64,000 bases of DNA from contig DAOMOX010000001.1 in assembly GCA_035444565.1 (NCBI GenBank), positions 59,987-123,986 on the forward strand, read 5' to 3'. The stretch's first letter is position 1. Each line of letters begins with the position of its first letter. Of the stretch, positions 30,863-41,703 are shown one piece after another. Both the position numbers and the translations under genes were made by a program. The notes beneath the pieces are model-generated. The model saw nothing but the letters and a program-made list of their open reading frames with translations, ran no database searches and was not told where the DNA came from. The DNA is from Candidatus Dojkabacteria bacterium. Its GTDB lineage: Bacteria; Patescibacteriota; Dojkabacteria; B142; OLB20.

Positions 30863-33800
30863 CTATTTCTTACTTTTGTTTTTATAACGAGTTTTAGTCC
30901 TATCTTTAGACCACTCTGCAAAATCTCTAGGATAATACTTAGGGTTTTCCAAACCTTCAACATTAGTTAGTATTTTTGACCGTAATTTGGAAGCCTCCTC
31001 TTGATTCTTCTCAATATCAACTTCCCTAAACTCATCTAACAAGTCGTCTACATCGTCCGTAATTGCTTTTATCCTATATATTTCTTTGATTTCTGGTTCT
31101 GTAATGTTTTCGTACTCTCCCCTATGATTTTGAACCGAAGAATATTTTTTATCATTCTCGTCACGAGTGTTATAAAAGTCTGTAATTCTTCTATCAGACG
31201 TCAACCAATAATCTCTCTGGAAAGATGTTAAAGGATTCAAATTTTCGGGTTGACCCATCAGCATTTTACTTGCACGTCCGAATGTTCCTGTAACAAAATA
31301 GTCAATCTTAATTGGGCTGAGGTTCATCATTTCGCCCAATTTTTTAGCCAAAGGTGTTGTACCTTCATTATATTGTTCGGCATTTGGTCTGTTGGATAAT
31401 CCCTGATTAACTAGAGGTCTCACTTCTGGATACTCTTTTACATTAAAAATTACATGTGTTGTAGGTTTAAAGAATTGTGGGACCCATGCTAGTGCTGCCT
31501 TAGTAGGTTCTGCTAAATTAAACTGATCTGGAATCCACGAAGTAACTAAATCTATATACTCATCAGAGTCATACTTTGTGTCAAACATAGCTTCGGAAAC
31601 TATCATGTTTAGGACCGTAGCAGGGATTGTAATTGGAGTAGGAACCCTAAATCGCCACAATCCTTTTCCAGAAGGATTGGGGAAATATATAAAGTTTGCT
31701 AACTCCTCAGGTGCCAAACCTTTATACTGTTCTTTCTGATCGTCTGATGAGTTTCTAAATAAGTAATCTAATGAAGCTAGATAGGCTGCCATTAACACTA
31801 GACCTACAAACATTATGCGTTTTCTCCCACCAGGAGTTTTAGAAACTCTTGCAAGTTGATCCAATACTTGAAGACTTGCATTAAAGAACGGAAGTCCTCG
31901 TATATAGACCGCTCCAGTAATATCAGATGATGTACTTCCCCACACACCTGTGTGATGAAAAGGTGCCGTTACACGACCTGCTTCTTCTAATGCAACTACT
32001 TGAGATTTACCTGCTTTTCTAGCTGCAACATACTCAGCAGCCCTTGTAATAATCTCACTAGCAGAAGCTGGTTTCTGTAGAATATCAAGCGCCTTAGACC
32101 CAATTAAGGTGGCTTTATCTATAAGGCTTTTCTCTGATTTAATTTTCTCAAACAACTGACTTGGTGACATTTTTTGCCAACCCATGAAGGTTTGTCTTTC
32201 ACCCCCCATTACTAGGTATTCCTCATAATACTTTGACTCAATACTATTCTTGTTGATTTTTTGTTTAATATATGTACTAAAAGGACTATAGAGGGGAATG
32301 AATTTATTGTATGAGTTCACAGATGCAGTCACCTGGTCCATGAAAAAGTTGGTTATAGTAAATGGAACAAAAGCTCCAGTAGTACCTAAAGTGAACATCC
32401 TAGAAACTGCGAGATACAATTTACTGAACTTACCAATCGATTTATAATCAAGGATATCATCTATTATTGTTTTAACCTCTTTGTTAACCAAAATAGGTTG
32501 TCTCTTGTAATTCAGTCTTGCCATTATTATGTTTGGATCTTTCTCTTGCGGATATGTTACCTTCTCGGAGCTTTTATCATAGAGAATTTTTAATTCTTGT
32601 TCCTGGAAGATATTCGGAATTGCCGCTGAACTACCAAGACCCCCTATGCGGTTATATACAACCTGTCTCATAGACTTCCTGACTATTTCCGAATGGTTAA
32701 TCATGGAGGAGTAAATAGGATTAATGATAGTTCTCTCTGATCCTGTTCTTCTCATAAGAGATGAAATCTTGGTCTTTTTAACCTTACTAGTTGAGGGGAT
32801 GTCTGTTTCTCCAACCAACTCATCATAAAACTGTCTTTTGAATGATGCGTAACCTTGGGTGTTGTTAAGTTTATCGAAAGTTGCTTTGTCTATTAGTTGG
32901 ACTTCTGGGTTGTGTAATAATTCTAAATCAGCCTTAACTAGTGAATCAAACATTTTCTCCTCATATTTATATGCTTCAGAGTTCTGTTTATAGGCATCGT
33001 CTACAACCTGTCGTGAGAAACCATCATTATCAAGTACAGACTTAAACTCTTCATATTCTTTTTCTAGTTTTTGTAATAACCTATTGGTCTCTCTTTTAAA
33101 GCGCTCAAGGTTCATGGCGGTATACTCGGGCTTACCATTTTTGATGGTACTAGGGATTATTTCAATCCCATAATCTTCCTCTAACATGGACTTTAAATCC
33201 CTGTTAAATCTAGATAACTTATTAGGCTCGGTTATTTTATTTAGTGCCTTAACAATCACCTCTAGTTGACCTTTTCTGTTCCCTAATAGATCTAACTCTT
33301 TGTACAGAAAGTGCTGTCTTCTAGCTACTAAATAATATCCAAAACTATCAGCTCTGTTATTCTTTTCTAATCTGTCTATTAAAGTCTTCCAATTATATTC
33401 ATATTTCTTTTGAAAACCCGATTCTAAGTCTGTAAATGCCCAATACCCACGTTTAGTAGAGATATTATTTCCAACTATTCCATTTACTGCCGAATATGCC
33501 CTTGCCCATAAAGATGGATCAATCGACTTATTATCAATCCCCGCTTTCTTGGCTATAACCTCTAATGGATACACCTTATCTGCTAATTGTTGCCTCAACC
33601 TTTCTTGTGAGGTGAAGAAGCTCTTGCGATCTATTCCAGTATCATCACTAGAAACTCTCGTTCCAATCTTATCTAACGACTCCAGACCTTGATAATCTGC
33701 TACTAATTGGTTTAAATCTTCTAACATTTTCCCAATTGTGGGTTCATAGTATTCTCCCTTTGGTTTAAGAAACTCATTAACTAGTAAAGGATATTCTGTC

Positions 33801-36800
33801 TCTGTAGTCGTAGGAAACTCGACATACTTCTGTAGTAATGTTGCAAACCCTTCTAATTGCTTTAATCTTGGATTATGCCCTGCCTCAGCTCCTGGATAAT
33901 ATTGTAGATAAATCTTTGATAGTTCTTTGTTTAATTCTGGCTTACTTAGATGTACTGTAATTTTGTATTTTGCATCTAAATAATGGGTGAATTCATGAGC
34001 AAACACCGATAAACTATTAATTGAATCGACACGAATGTTTTTTGTAGAAGGATAATACACGCCTAATGCGCCCCTAGGAAGGTATTTCTCACCAACCGTG
34101 AAGTCTTTATCGTATGATTTAAGCAGACTCTGAATCCTCTGGTATATTTTAAACTCCCTAGTCCCTGGCTTGGGCGATTCCCTTAATTCATACTCATCAA
34201 TTGAGGTGGTCCCTTTAGATTTTAGACTAGATATGGTGGCATATCCTTGTCCCCCTCGTACTTTCTCCCCTCTCTGTTTGCCTGTCTCCTTGCCTCTAGT
34301 TCCCTCTGTGAATTCTCTCTCCCTATTCTCAACGACTCCACCAGTTCGGGTGGAAGAGGAGGTTCTTGATTTCTCCTGAATATTTTGTTTAGTAGTTCTT
34401 TCATTGTTGTTATTACTATCTATGCTAATATTTTTTTGCCCTCCCTTTTCATTTTCTCTAGATACTTCCTTCTTCTCTCCTTGCCCTTTTCGATTCCTTC
34501 GTTCATCGCCTTGATTATGTAATTCTCCCTGCCTTCCCTGTCTTCCCAAGAGGGCATCGAGTTGTTTTTTTGTAATTCTTCCTGATTCATATAATTGTTC
34601 TGCATAACTAGCTATCTGATTAATTAAAGTTTTTTTATTGAAGGGGATTTCCTTTATATATTTAACGTCTAGCCTATGAACTCCTTGCATATTCTCCCCA
34701 TTATTTGTAAACATAATGTTTACATTTTCATTTTTCCCGTAATCTTCAAATAATTTTAAGATTACCATCCTTGCTTTTCTATGAGAATTAATGTGATTAC
34801 TTATAGTGACAGTTCTTGGAGTTCCACTTTCATACCTTGCCATAACTCCATCCTTAAATGCCACAAAAGGTTCTCTGTATACATAAAGGATATCGGTCTT
34901 ATAACCTAAGTCTATGGCTTTATCAATATAGCTTTTAGCCCTATTATAATCAGATAGCGTAGAATCATAAGTAATAGTATAATCATTTTTCAATCGTGAT
35001 TTTGAGGTTGTTTTGCCCGATCCTGTACCTCCTGCTAACATAAGTATGCTTTTGTCTTGTTCTTTACTTTTCTCTACTAGTAGTTTATTTAATACTTTAT
35101 CTGCTACTATTCCACTTGCTCTACCATAATCAACTGCATTGGTACGTTTATAACCATCGAATAAAAGTTTTGCACTATCGGAACTAACGTTATTTCCGAA
35201 CCTTTGAATATAGTTATCAACAATCTCGTCGGGGTTTTCCGATAATTGCTCAAAAGACTTTTTTTCGTCTTCGGATCGGAATTTCTCAGGAACTTCTATT
35301 TTCCCAACGTTATCTTCTTTGGGTGTCGACAATAAATTACCATTGGCTTGAACCCTTTTCTCATCTTCGGTTTCGACTGCGATACCCTCTGTTACTTCTC
35401 CTTCTGCCTGGTCCTCTCTTATTTTAGTGGTGATTATAGGGATTTCATTTATCTTTAGTTCTCCATATGCTTTTAAGCGATGATTTCCATCTTCTACCTC
35501 AAAGGTATTCGGTCCTGTAGGTCTAGCAACAATTGGTACTCTTTTACCGCTTTTAATCTCCTCAAGCGCCCTTTGCCCCCTTTCACTATCAAGAGATACA
35601 TTTTCACTTGATTTTATTTGTGTTCTATCTATTGTTCGCCTTTCAACATTATCAGGTCCGCCTATGTTATCAATCGCCTCTTTGAAAGTTCCTTTGCCTA
35701 TAAACTCATCCTCAAAATAACCCGATTCAGTATCATTGTATTCCTGGAATATATCTGATTCAGGGGTAACATCATTTCTCAAACTCTCTGTTACCTCTTG
35801 TACGTCATTCTCGACTGGACCACCCTCTAACTCATTCAATTCATTGATATCATAGTTCCCATCTTCAACACCTTCTGTTATCCCATCCCTAGCTATAAGA
35901 TCATCCATCCCGGCTATTTCATCTGACACACCTTCATCCACACTTATCTCATCCTCTTCAATACCTGCCTGATTTTCGTTCTGTAATAGTTCTATTTCTT
36001 CTCTTATTACTGAAGGTAAACTATCAGGAGGTATATTCTCTTCTTCATCAATGGGGATCTCGATAGGTCCAAATTCGGGTCTTTTTTCTCTCCACTTATA
36101 CCCGGCATTAACAGTTACCTCTGGAATCTTTACCAATCCCCCATACATACCAATCCCTATAATCTCCATCATTAATCTTTGCGCACCTTCCGGTGTAAGA
36201 AGAGAATGATATTGCCTATCTTCAATCTTGGCTTGTACCGGCTCATTGATTTCTTCTTCTAATATCTCCATTAAAAGCCCATCAAATCCACTCTTCTTGA
36301 GATACCTTGAGAATAAATCAATTGATTTGTTATTACTCTTCGAGATTGCCTTACCAATCAACGCCTTCTGCATGAACTTCTCCGGATTCTCTGTAATCAA
36401 TCCCATACGTTTAACAATTCCTTTATACGCTGCACTACCACCCTTTGTTGTTAAATCTCCGACACGTTCTGAAAAATGTTCAGCCCATGAAGATAGAAAT
36501 GCTTTCCTAAAAGCAACGTTAGGATCATCTCCCTTACTTGCTTCCTTCAGTAAAGCCTCTCCATCTTCACTCATCATTATTTCGTATTCGGGTAACGCAT
36601 ACCCGGCTGCCTTCTCTGATAGTGCCGGGAAATTGATTCCTGTTTGAACTGCTGATTCTGCTAACTCGCCTGTCAATTTCTGCATAAATGGTCCTGCGAT
36701 TCTCTTGGGTAGTATCTTTGTAACAGCCGGACCTATTTTAGTGGCACCTAAGGCACCTTTGGCTGCACCCTTTGTAATCAGAAATTCATATCCGTACCTA

Positions 36801-37696
36801 GCCATATCCGGCATCATCTCTCCGACTGCATAAGGAATACCCCTATCTATTCTAGAATCTATCATCTTGGCTGACATTAGATTCAATGCGGCAATTTCAG
36901 TCTTACTTAATACATCACCTCCATGATATTTCTCGGTTATTGCTTTGATATCTACCAATTCCCTTTCACCCTCTTCTAACTTCTCTAGTGCTTCTTTCGT
37001 GAGCTTATCCCTATCACTTTTCAATGTGTTATATCCAAAGGGTAGAAAACGGAGATCAAGGATTGATTCTTTTAATCCATCAAAGAATCCGGATTTAACA
37101 TCAGACCTATTAATAAACTTGTTGTACATTTCCGCCTCTTCACTAATCAACTGAAGATACTCATGATCTTCTTTCCTCTTCTTTCGTTTCTCTGGATCAA
37201 TTGTAGGAATAAAACCAGCCCATCTTTCCTCAAAGGTCATATTCTGGAACTCTTGATTAAGGAAATTCATCCTCTCTAGTACATAAGGACTCTTTGCTTC
37301 ATACACTTCCGGAGCATTATGATCTATCACCTTCTTCTGGTCGTTATACATCTTCTTTGCATACTTGACTCTATCCTTTGCTCCTTTAATGCTTAGAGGA
37401 TCCTTTAGAAGGACCTTCTTTGGATCCTTCTTGATCGCACTCTTTAGTTTGGAGAAAAAGCCCTCTTCAGGCTCCTCTTTTTTAGTTGAAGTTGATATGG
37501 GAGTTGTATCGGGAGCGGTCCATTTCTTAGGAGTTGTTGGCTCTACTGCCTTGTTATAAGTGCCATCTAAAATAGCATCAAATTGTTTCCTATCGAAACT
37601 GACTTGACGCATTTCTTCATCATCATCATTGTCATTTGTTTGAACTCCGGTAGATAATATCCTATCAAAGTCCTCCCTTGAGAATATCTTAGACAT
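30863..37696 (-). CDS. Giant polyvalent virion protein (2277 aa) with ParB-like nuclease, zeta-toxin-like P-loop kinase, low-complexity R/G/E linker, HExxH metallopeptidase and a long C-terminal region with a TM segment
   Basis: ParB nuclease (ParBc) 'KRVPIVARPTGPNTFEVEDGNHRLKA'. P-loop 'ILMLAGGTGSGKTTSKSRL' with a zeta/PNK-like downstream region. Linker 'RQGRQGELHNQGDERRNRKGQGEKK...'. Peptidase 'SVFAHEFTHYLD'. TM 'IMFVGLVLMAAYLASLDYL'. Confidence 0.7.
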   Translation of the reverse strand: MSKIFSREDFDRILSTGVQTNDNDDDEEMRQVSFDRKQFDAILDGTYNKAVEPTTPKKWTAPDTTPISTSTKKEEPEEGFFSKLKSAIKKDPKKVLLKDPLSIKGAKDRVKYAKKMYNDQKKVIDHNAPEVYEAKSPYVLERMNFLNQEFQNMTFEERWAGFIPTIDPEKRKKRKEDHEYLQLISEEAEMYNKFINRSDVKSGFFDGLKESILDLRFLPFGYNTLKSDRDKLTKEALEKLEEGERELVDIKAITEKYHGGDVLSKTEIAALNLMSAKMIDSRIDRGIPYAVGEMMPDMARYGYEFLITKGAAKGALGATKIGPAVTKILPKRIAGPFMQKLTGELAESAVQTGINFPALSEKAAGYALPEYEIMMSEDGEALLKEASKGDDPNVAFRKAFLSSWAEHFSERVGDLTTKGGSAAYKGIVKRMGLITENPEKFMQKALIGKAISKSNNKSIDLFSRYLKKSGFDGLLMEILEEEINEPVQAKIEDRQYHSLLTPEGAQRLMMEIIGIGMYGGLVKIPEVTVNAGYKWREKRPEFGPIEIPIDEEENIPPDSLPSVIREEIELLQNENQAGIEEDEISVDEGVSDEIAGMDDLIARDGITEGVEDGNYDINELNELEGGPVENDVQEVTESLRNDVTPESDIFQEYNDTESGYFEDEFIGKGTFKEAIDNIGGPDNVERRTIDRTQIKSSENVSLDSERGQRALEEIKSGKRVPIVARPTGPNTFEVEDGNHRLKAYGELKINEIPIITTKIREDQAEGEVTEGIAVETEDEKRVQANGNLLSTPKEDNVGKIEVPEKFRSEDEKKSFEQLSENPDEIVDNYIQRFGNNVSSDSAKLLFDGYKRTNAVDYGRASGIVADKVLNKLLVEKSKEQDKSILMLAGGTGSGKTTSKSRLKNDYTITYDSTLSDYNRAKSYIDKAIDLGYKTDILYVYREPFVAFKDGVMARYESGTPRTVTISNHINSHRKARMVILKLFEDYGKNENVNIMFTNNGENMQGVHRLDVKYIKEIPFNKKTLINQIASYAEQLYESGRITKKQLDALLGRQGRQGELHNQGDERRNRKGQGEKKEVSRENEKGGQKNISIDSNNNNERTTKQNIQEKSRTSSSTRTGGVVENREREFTEGTRGKETGKQRGEKVRGGQGYATISSLKSKGTTSIDEYELRESPKPGTREFKIYQRIQSLLKSYDKDFTVGEKYLPRGALGVYYPSTKNIRVDSINSLSVFAHEFTHYLDAKYKITVHLSKPELNKELSKIYLQYYPGAEAGHNPRLKQLEGFATLLQKYVEFPTTTETEYPLLVNEFLKPKGEYYEPTIGKMLEDLNQLVADYQGLESLDKIGTRVSSDDTGIDRKSFFTSQERLRQQLADKVYPLEVIAKKAGIDNKSIDPSLWARAYSAVNGIVGNNISTKRGYWAFTDLESGFQKKYEYNWKTLIDRLEKNNRADSFGYYLVARRQHFLYKELDLLGNRKGQLEVIVKALNKITEPNKLSRFNRDLKSMLEEDYGIEIIPSTIKNGKPEYTAMNLERFKRETNRLLQKLEKEYEEFKSVLDNDGFSRQVVDDAYKQNSEAYKYEEKMFDSLVKADLELLHNPEVQLIDKATFDKLNNTQGYASFKRQFYDELVGETDIPSTSKVKKTKISSLMRRTGSERTIINPIYSSMINHSEIVRKSMRQVVYNRIGGLGSSAAIPNIFQEQELKILYDKSSEKVTYPQEKDPNIIMARLNYKRQPILVNKEVKTIIDDILDYKSIGKFSKLYLAVSRMFTLGTTGAFVPFTITNFFMDQVTASVNSYNKFIPLYSPFSTYIKQKINKNSIESKYYEEYLVMGGERQTFMGWQKMSPSQLFEKIKSEKSLIDKATLIGSKALDILQKPASASEIITRAAEYVAARKAGKSQVVALEEAGRVTAPFHHTGVWGSTSSDITGAVYIRGLPFFNASLQVLDQLARVSKTPGGRKRIMFVGLVLMAAYLASLDYLFRNSSDDQKEQYKGLAPEELANFIYFPNPSGKGLWRFRVPTPITIPATVLNMIVSEAMFDTKYDSDEYIDLVTSWIPDQFNLAEPTKAALAWVPQFFKPTTHVIFNVKEYPEVRPLVNQGLSNRPNAEQYNEGTTPLAKKLGEMMNLSPIKIDYFVTGTFGRASKMLMGQPENLNPLTSFQRDYWLTSDRRITDFYNTRDENDKKYSSVQNHRGEYENITEPEIKEIYRIKAITDDVDDLLDEFREVDIEKNQEEASKLRSKILTNVEGLENPKYYPRDFAEWSKDRTKTRYKNKSKK

Positions 37697-37719
37697 AGTT
37701 GCAAATATAGATAAATCAA

Positions 37720-39156
37720 TTATTTCTTCTTTAGACCACTTATGGCGTTCTTGACCGAATCAGCAACTTTGTTTCCAACAGTTTTAGCTGCTCCTTCTGC
37801 TCCATACTTGTAGCCACCTGCTTCAAACGCTGCATAAACTAGATCTCTAGCTTGTGCATCAGTCAACCTATATGCTGCCTTCACAGTATTAACTGCATTT
37901 GTCATGTTCTGTTGGGATAACACTTTGGAATCACCTCCGTATCCTTTTAGTATCGATGCGGTCCTATTGAATTGAGTTGGAGTATATCCTCCTCCGGTAC
38001 CGCCACCACCTGTACTTGTTTTACTCTGGTAAGTTGATCCCATCCTCTCGCTTCTGGTAGTGAATGAGCCATCTGCATTTTGTATCAAGATATCTAGGTA
38101 TTGTGTACCACTTGCATCCGTTCTTACGTTCATATGTTTTATAGTTTCAGATGGAGCAATCTTTATTCCTTGTACAAAACCAATTGGTAATCCGGCTTGT
38201 ACTTCCAATTTATTGATTTGGGACCTCTCGCTATCTGTTAGGCTTTCCCATGTCTTAGATCCGCTTGTTAGAAGATCTATGTATATCTGTACATTAGCCC
38301 TTGCCATGTTCTCATCAGCACGTTTAACCTTCTCGGCAAACTCTGTATCCCATCTTCTCTTATCTTCTGCCGCTTGTTCTTTTTCAAACTCTAATCTCAT
38401 TTCAAACCTTCTCTTATCCTCGACCATTTCATAGATCTGGATGTTCTCTGAAAGCCTTGCATTATAGTCTTGTACTGCATTGTTATAATCCATTGCAGTA
38501 AGGTCCATAATGTTCTTGACTAGATCATTAGCTATCTGAAGTTGAAATGCTTTGGTAGAGATCTGCCTATTGATGAAGTCAATATTTTCACGTTCCTGAC
38601 GTTCTACTTGACCTACACGACCTTCGATCACTCCTAAGTTAACTCCGGCTTTACCACGTTCTGATTGGCTTCTAGCTCTAAGTCTAGCTTCTGCCTCCAT
38701 CCTTTGAGCCTCAAGGTCCGCTAATCCCTTCTCAATCTCTTCCATCCCCCTTGCTATCCTTTGTTTCTCGAACTCATCTACAAGATTAGGGACCTCTGGT
38801 CTATCTCCGGGAGATAGATCGTCATACAGTTTGCGTTCTTCTGATCCTTCGGCGAAAGGCGATTTATACCCTCCGGTTAGTGAGTCCTGCACATCATCAA
38901 GATACGCACCCACATCCTCTGGTTTTTGTGGATCAGGCACTATTGCACCGGCATCTACCGCATTGGTAGGTTTAGGTACAATAGGCTGAAGTTCATAGTC
39001 GTTATTACCGGGAATACCGGGAACACGAGCACCACCGGGAACAGGTGATAACGATCCTTCATTGGGTACAGGAATCACCGGTGCGGTATTAGCTATACCT
39101 TCAGTTGGTGTTTGTCTTGTAAGTGGTGATGTTGTAGGTAGTGGTGATGTTGCCAT
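37720..39156 (-). CDS. hypothetical virion protein (Pro-rich N-terminus, central coiled coil, Gly-rich segment)
   Basis: 478 aa. Central 'EKGLADLEAQRMEAEARLRA'. Gly run 'TSTGGGGTGGGYTPTQ'. Confidence 0.45.
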   Translation of the reverse strand: MATSPLPTTSPLTRQTPTEGIANTAPVIPVPNEGSLSPVPGGARVPGIPGNNDYELQPIVPKPTNAVDAGAIVPDPQKPEDVGAYLDDVQDSLTGGYKSPFAEGSEERKLYDDLSPGDRPEVPNLVDEFEKQRIARGMEEIEKGLADLEAQRMEAEARLRARSQSERGKAGVNLGVIEGRVGQVERQERENIDFINRQISTKAFQLQIANDLVKNIMDLTAMDYNNAVQDYNARLSENIQIYEMVEDKRRFEMRLEFEKEQAAEDKRRWDTEFAEKVKRADENMARANVQIYIDLLTSGSKTWESLTDSERSQINKLEVQAGLPIGFVQGIKIAPSETIKHMNVRTDASGTQYLDILIQNADGSFTTRSERMGSTYQSKTSTGGGGTGGGYTPTQFNRTASILKGYGGDSKVLSQQNMTNAVNTVKAAYRLTDAQARDLVYAAFEAGGYKYGAEGAAKTVGNKVADSVKNAISGLKKK

Positions 39157-39659
39157 TAAGCCACTTCATCATACTGGTAGTTCATGGTTGTGCTTGATCC
39201 TGCTGTATCACCCGCATCGGTTTGGATCTGGTGTACAAGATAATCACTCAATCCAGTTGCTGTAAGTTCTCCAGTCAATGAACCTCCAATACCTAGATTA
39301 GCTGTTCCTGGTTCACTTGTTGGCATTGCCTGGTCCGCTACTGTAGATGAAGTAGCTACTGGTGTGGCGAAGGTTTCAGCTCCTCCATAAGCAGATGTTC
39401 TAGCATTTGTTACATGAGTTGCGGCTCCTCCTAATGCTCCAGTTCTCCATACTTTAAGATTCTTAATAGCACTAGAACCCCCCATGTTGGTTACTTCTAT
39501 TTTCTGCCATTTCTCGTAGGAGTTTTCTCCTGGAACAATTGGATAAGATGCAGCAGTTAGATTAACTGCATCTGTACTACCCATGTTTGAGTTAGTGATT
39601 GATGCGGTTTTAGTTTCCGATACTGTATTAAATTCGTTTATTTGTACTGTAGCTGCCAT
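39156..39659 (-). CDS. hypothetical structural protein (167 aa, A/T/G/S-rich)
   Basis: ORF in the morphogenesis operon. Confidence 0.4.
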   Translation of the reverse strand: MAATVQINEFNTVSETKTASITNSNMGSTDAVNLTAASYPIVPGENSYEKWQKIEVTNMGGSSAIKNLKVWRTGALGGAATHVTNARTSAYGGAETFATPVATSSTVADQAMPTSEPGTANLGIGGSLTGELTATGLSDYLVHQIQTDAGDTAGSSTTMNYQYDEVA

Positions 39660-39677
39660 TTTGATTAGACATAATAA

Positions 39678-40433
39678 TTAAAGTTCAAAGCCATGATTAG
39701 GATACGCCTCTCCTCGGCTTAGAGGAGTGGTAATTTCATATGACCTATCTTTATTTTTTCGTCTCATTTGGAAAAGTGCATCATCAATGAATTTCTCTAT
39801 ACTTTGTTCATATTCATCTAATGGTAATGGCTTATCCTTGTTCGACTTAACATCTTTACTACATAAATAAAGTAGTGGAGCATGTAACTCTTTAGGGAAC
39901 CCACGTGTAGTGCTTGAAGGTGCTATTGATAAATCTACTGCATCATCCAAATCTCCAGCCTCCCATGGGTCGGGATACGTTGCAAAATAGACTTTAAGTC
40001 CACTAGTAACGTTTGTAATGGCTCCAGTAAGTAGATAAATAGCCCCTCTAAACTGGTAATACTTAGCTCTACCACGTTCGTTTCCAAATAAAGAAATAAT
40101 CATATCTTCTGTAATAGCCCGATCTATTGAAGAGAGTTGAACCTCTTCTAATTCAATCCAGTTAGTACCATCTAATTTAGCCTCAACTTTCTCTAACGAA
40201 ATAACTTCATCCCCTGTACTTGCATCAATCACTAATGAATATTCCCTTTGGTCCTCAATCAAGTTAGTAGTAGCGATAGCTCCGAAATAACTTTCAGATA
40301 CTTCTGCTACTACCTTCTGAGCAAGTAGGTCCTTGTGGAAGTTCATTAGTGGTAATATCTCTGCATCAGTTAGAGTGGTGCTATTCGTACCAGTTCTAAA
40401 TCTGAGTAGAGTTGTAAATTCAGTAAATAGCAT
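39678..40433 (-). CDS. hypothetical structural protein (251 aa)
   Basis: ORF in the morphogenesis operon. Confidence 0.45.
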   Translation of the reverse strand: MLFTEFTTLLRFRTGTNSTTLTDAEILPLMNFHKDLLAQKVVAEVSESYFGAIATTNLIEDQREYSLVIDASTGDEVISLEKVEAKLDGTNWIELEEVQLSSIDRAITEDMIISLFGNERGRAKYYQFRGAIYLLTGAITNVTSGLKVYFATYPDPWEAGDLDDAVDLSIAPSSTTRGFPKELHAPLLYLCSKDVKSNKDKPLPLDEYEQSIEKFIDDALFQMRRKNKDRSYEITTPLSRGEAYPNHGFEL

Positions 40434-40692
40434 CCTTCTCTTCTAATACTAATTTAATGGTATCCTTGTTAACTTCAATCAGTTCTTTATAATCCTGTAA
40501 CTTCTTCTCGTATTGTTCCTCTTCAAACTTACCTAGTTTCTTAAATGTTTTGCTTTTCTTTAACTTATCTATCTTTTTTCTGTGTCTCAGTTTTGCTAGT
40601 TTAATGCTTAAATCTAGCTGTATGAGATTTTTCCTGGATTGTGTTTCAAGTTCGTCTAGATAAGTTAGTTTGAATTTTTCGTTTACAATCAT
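40420..40692 (-). CDS. hypothetical coiled-coil protein (90 aa)
   Basis: Small ORF, overlapping genes on both sides. Confidence 0.35.
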   Translation of the reverse strand: MIVNEKFKLTYLDELETQSRKNLIQLDLSIKLAKLRHRKKIDKLKKSKTFKKLGKFEEEQYEKKLQDYKELIEVNKDTIKLVLEEKDAIY

Positions 40693-41063
40693 GATAGGGC
40701 ATCCCTAACATCTTCAGCTCTCTCTACTGCAAACATGCTTAAACTTTCATCGGTTTGCTGTTGGGACCTCATGATGATATCAGCGATAGCTTGAGGTAAA
40801 TCTATATATTCACCTTTAGGAACCTTGTAAAAAGCTCCGTTTAATCCAATCTCTAGAAATGATTTACCCCTCTTCTCTGTAGGTCCAAGAGGTACTAAGA
40901 CTCTGACCTTTTGTTGTTCCCTGAGTCTTTCTTCCATTTGTTCTTTTTGTTTCTTGAAAGAACTTGCTATATCTTTACTTCTAGCTACTGGTGATTTAAC
41001 TGTATTTTCTTTTACGTCTGAGGATTCAACCTCTTTTGTATTTACGTCTTTGACTTTAGACAT
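40689..41063 (-). CDS. hypothetical protein (124 aa), possible head-tail connector or completion protein
   Basis: Sits between the capsid and tail genes. Confidence 0.35.
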   Translation of the reverse strand: MSKVKDVNTKEVESSDVKENTVKSPVARSKDIASSFKKQKEQMEERLREQQKVRVLVPLGPTEKRGKSFLEIGLNGAFYKVPKGEYIDLPQAIADIIMRSQQQTDESLSMFAVERAEDVRDALS

Positions 41064-41135
41064 TTTGTTTTTGTTAATAAATAAGCTATTGGGTAGGGAT
41101 GAGATAACCCCATCCCTACCATCAATTAATAGTTA

Positions 41136-41675
41136 TTATTCTGCTGTTACGTCTCCAGGTGCCCATGCATCATCAAATCTACCTAGAAGTGATGCATTAC
41201 CTCCGAAACTTACATAAGTGTCGGTGATGTGAGCTGCATCAAGGTCATCTGAAGAGGCATCAAAAGCAGTTGCCCCTGCGGCAATTGCAATTCTCGCATA
41301 TCCTAAAGCTACCTTTCCTGAAGGTACTTCTGGTATTAATGCGTTTCCAGCTCCTTCAGCGATATCACCCATTACTAGAGTGATAGTTCCTGCTGAATCG
41401 GCAACTACAAGATATACTGCCTCTTGTACGCTTGATGCGTTAGCAGCTATATCATGAGTCGTTGCGGTGAAAGCTGTCTCTGCTCCAGTTACGGATACAA
41501 GTACACCATTTACACAAGCAACTGCTGTAGTAGTCTTAATTGTTTTCTTTGATGAAGTTCCAATAGCAACTACTGGATTTCCCAACATTCGATAGTTGAG
41601 TGCATCATGGAGTTGGTCCATGTAGTTCATTAAGGCTTGTTTATGCCCTACTATGTGGTTTGAGTTAATTTCCAT
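41136..41675 (-). CDS. hypothetical structural protein (179 aa, possible head decoration or fibre)
   Basis: Ala/Gly/Thr-rich ORF immediately downstream of the capsid gene. Confidence 0.4.
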   Translation of the reverse strand: MEINSNHIVGHKQALMNYMDQLHDALNYRMLGNPVVAIGTSSKKTIKTTTAVACVNGVLVSVTGAETAFTATTHDIAANASSVQEAVYLVVADSAGTITLVMGDIAEGAGNALIPEVPSGKVALGYARIAIAAGATAFDASSDDLDAAHITDTYVSFGGNASLLGRFDDAWAPGDVTAE

Positions 41676-41703
41676 AGTTAATTAATTAATAGTTAATAAA
41701 GTA

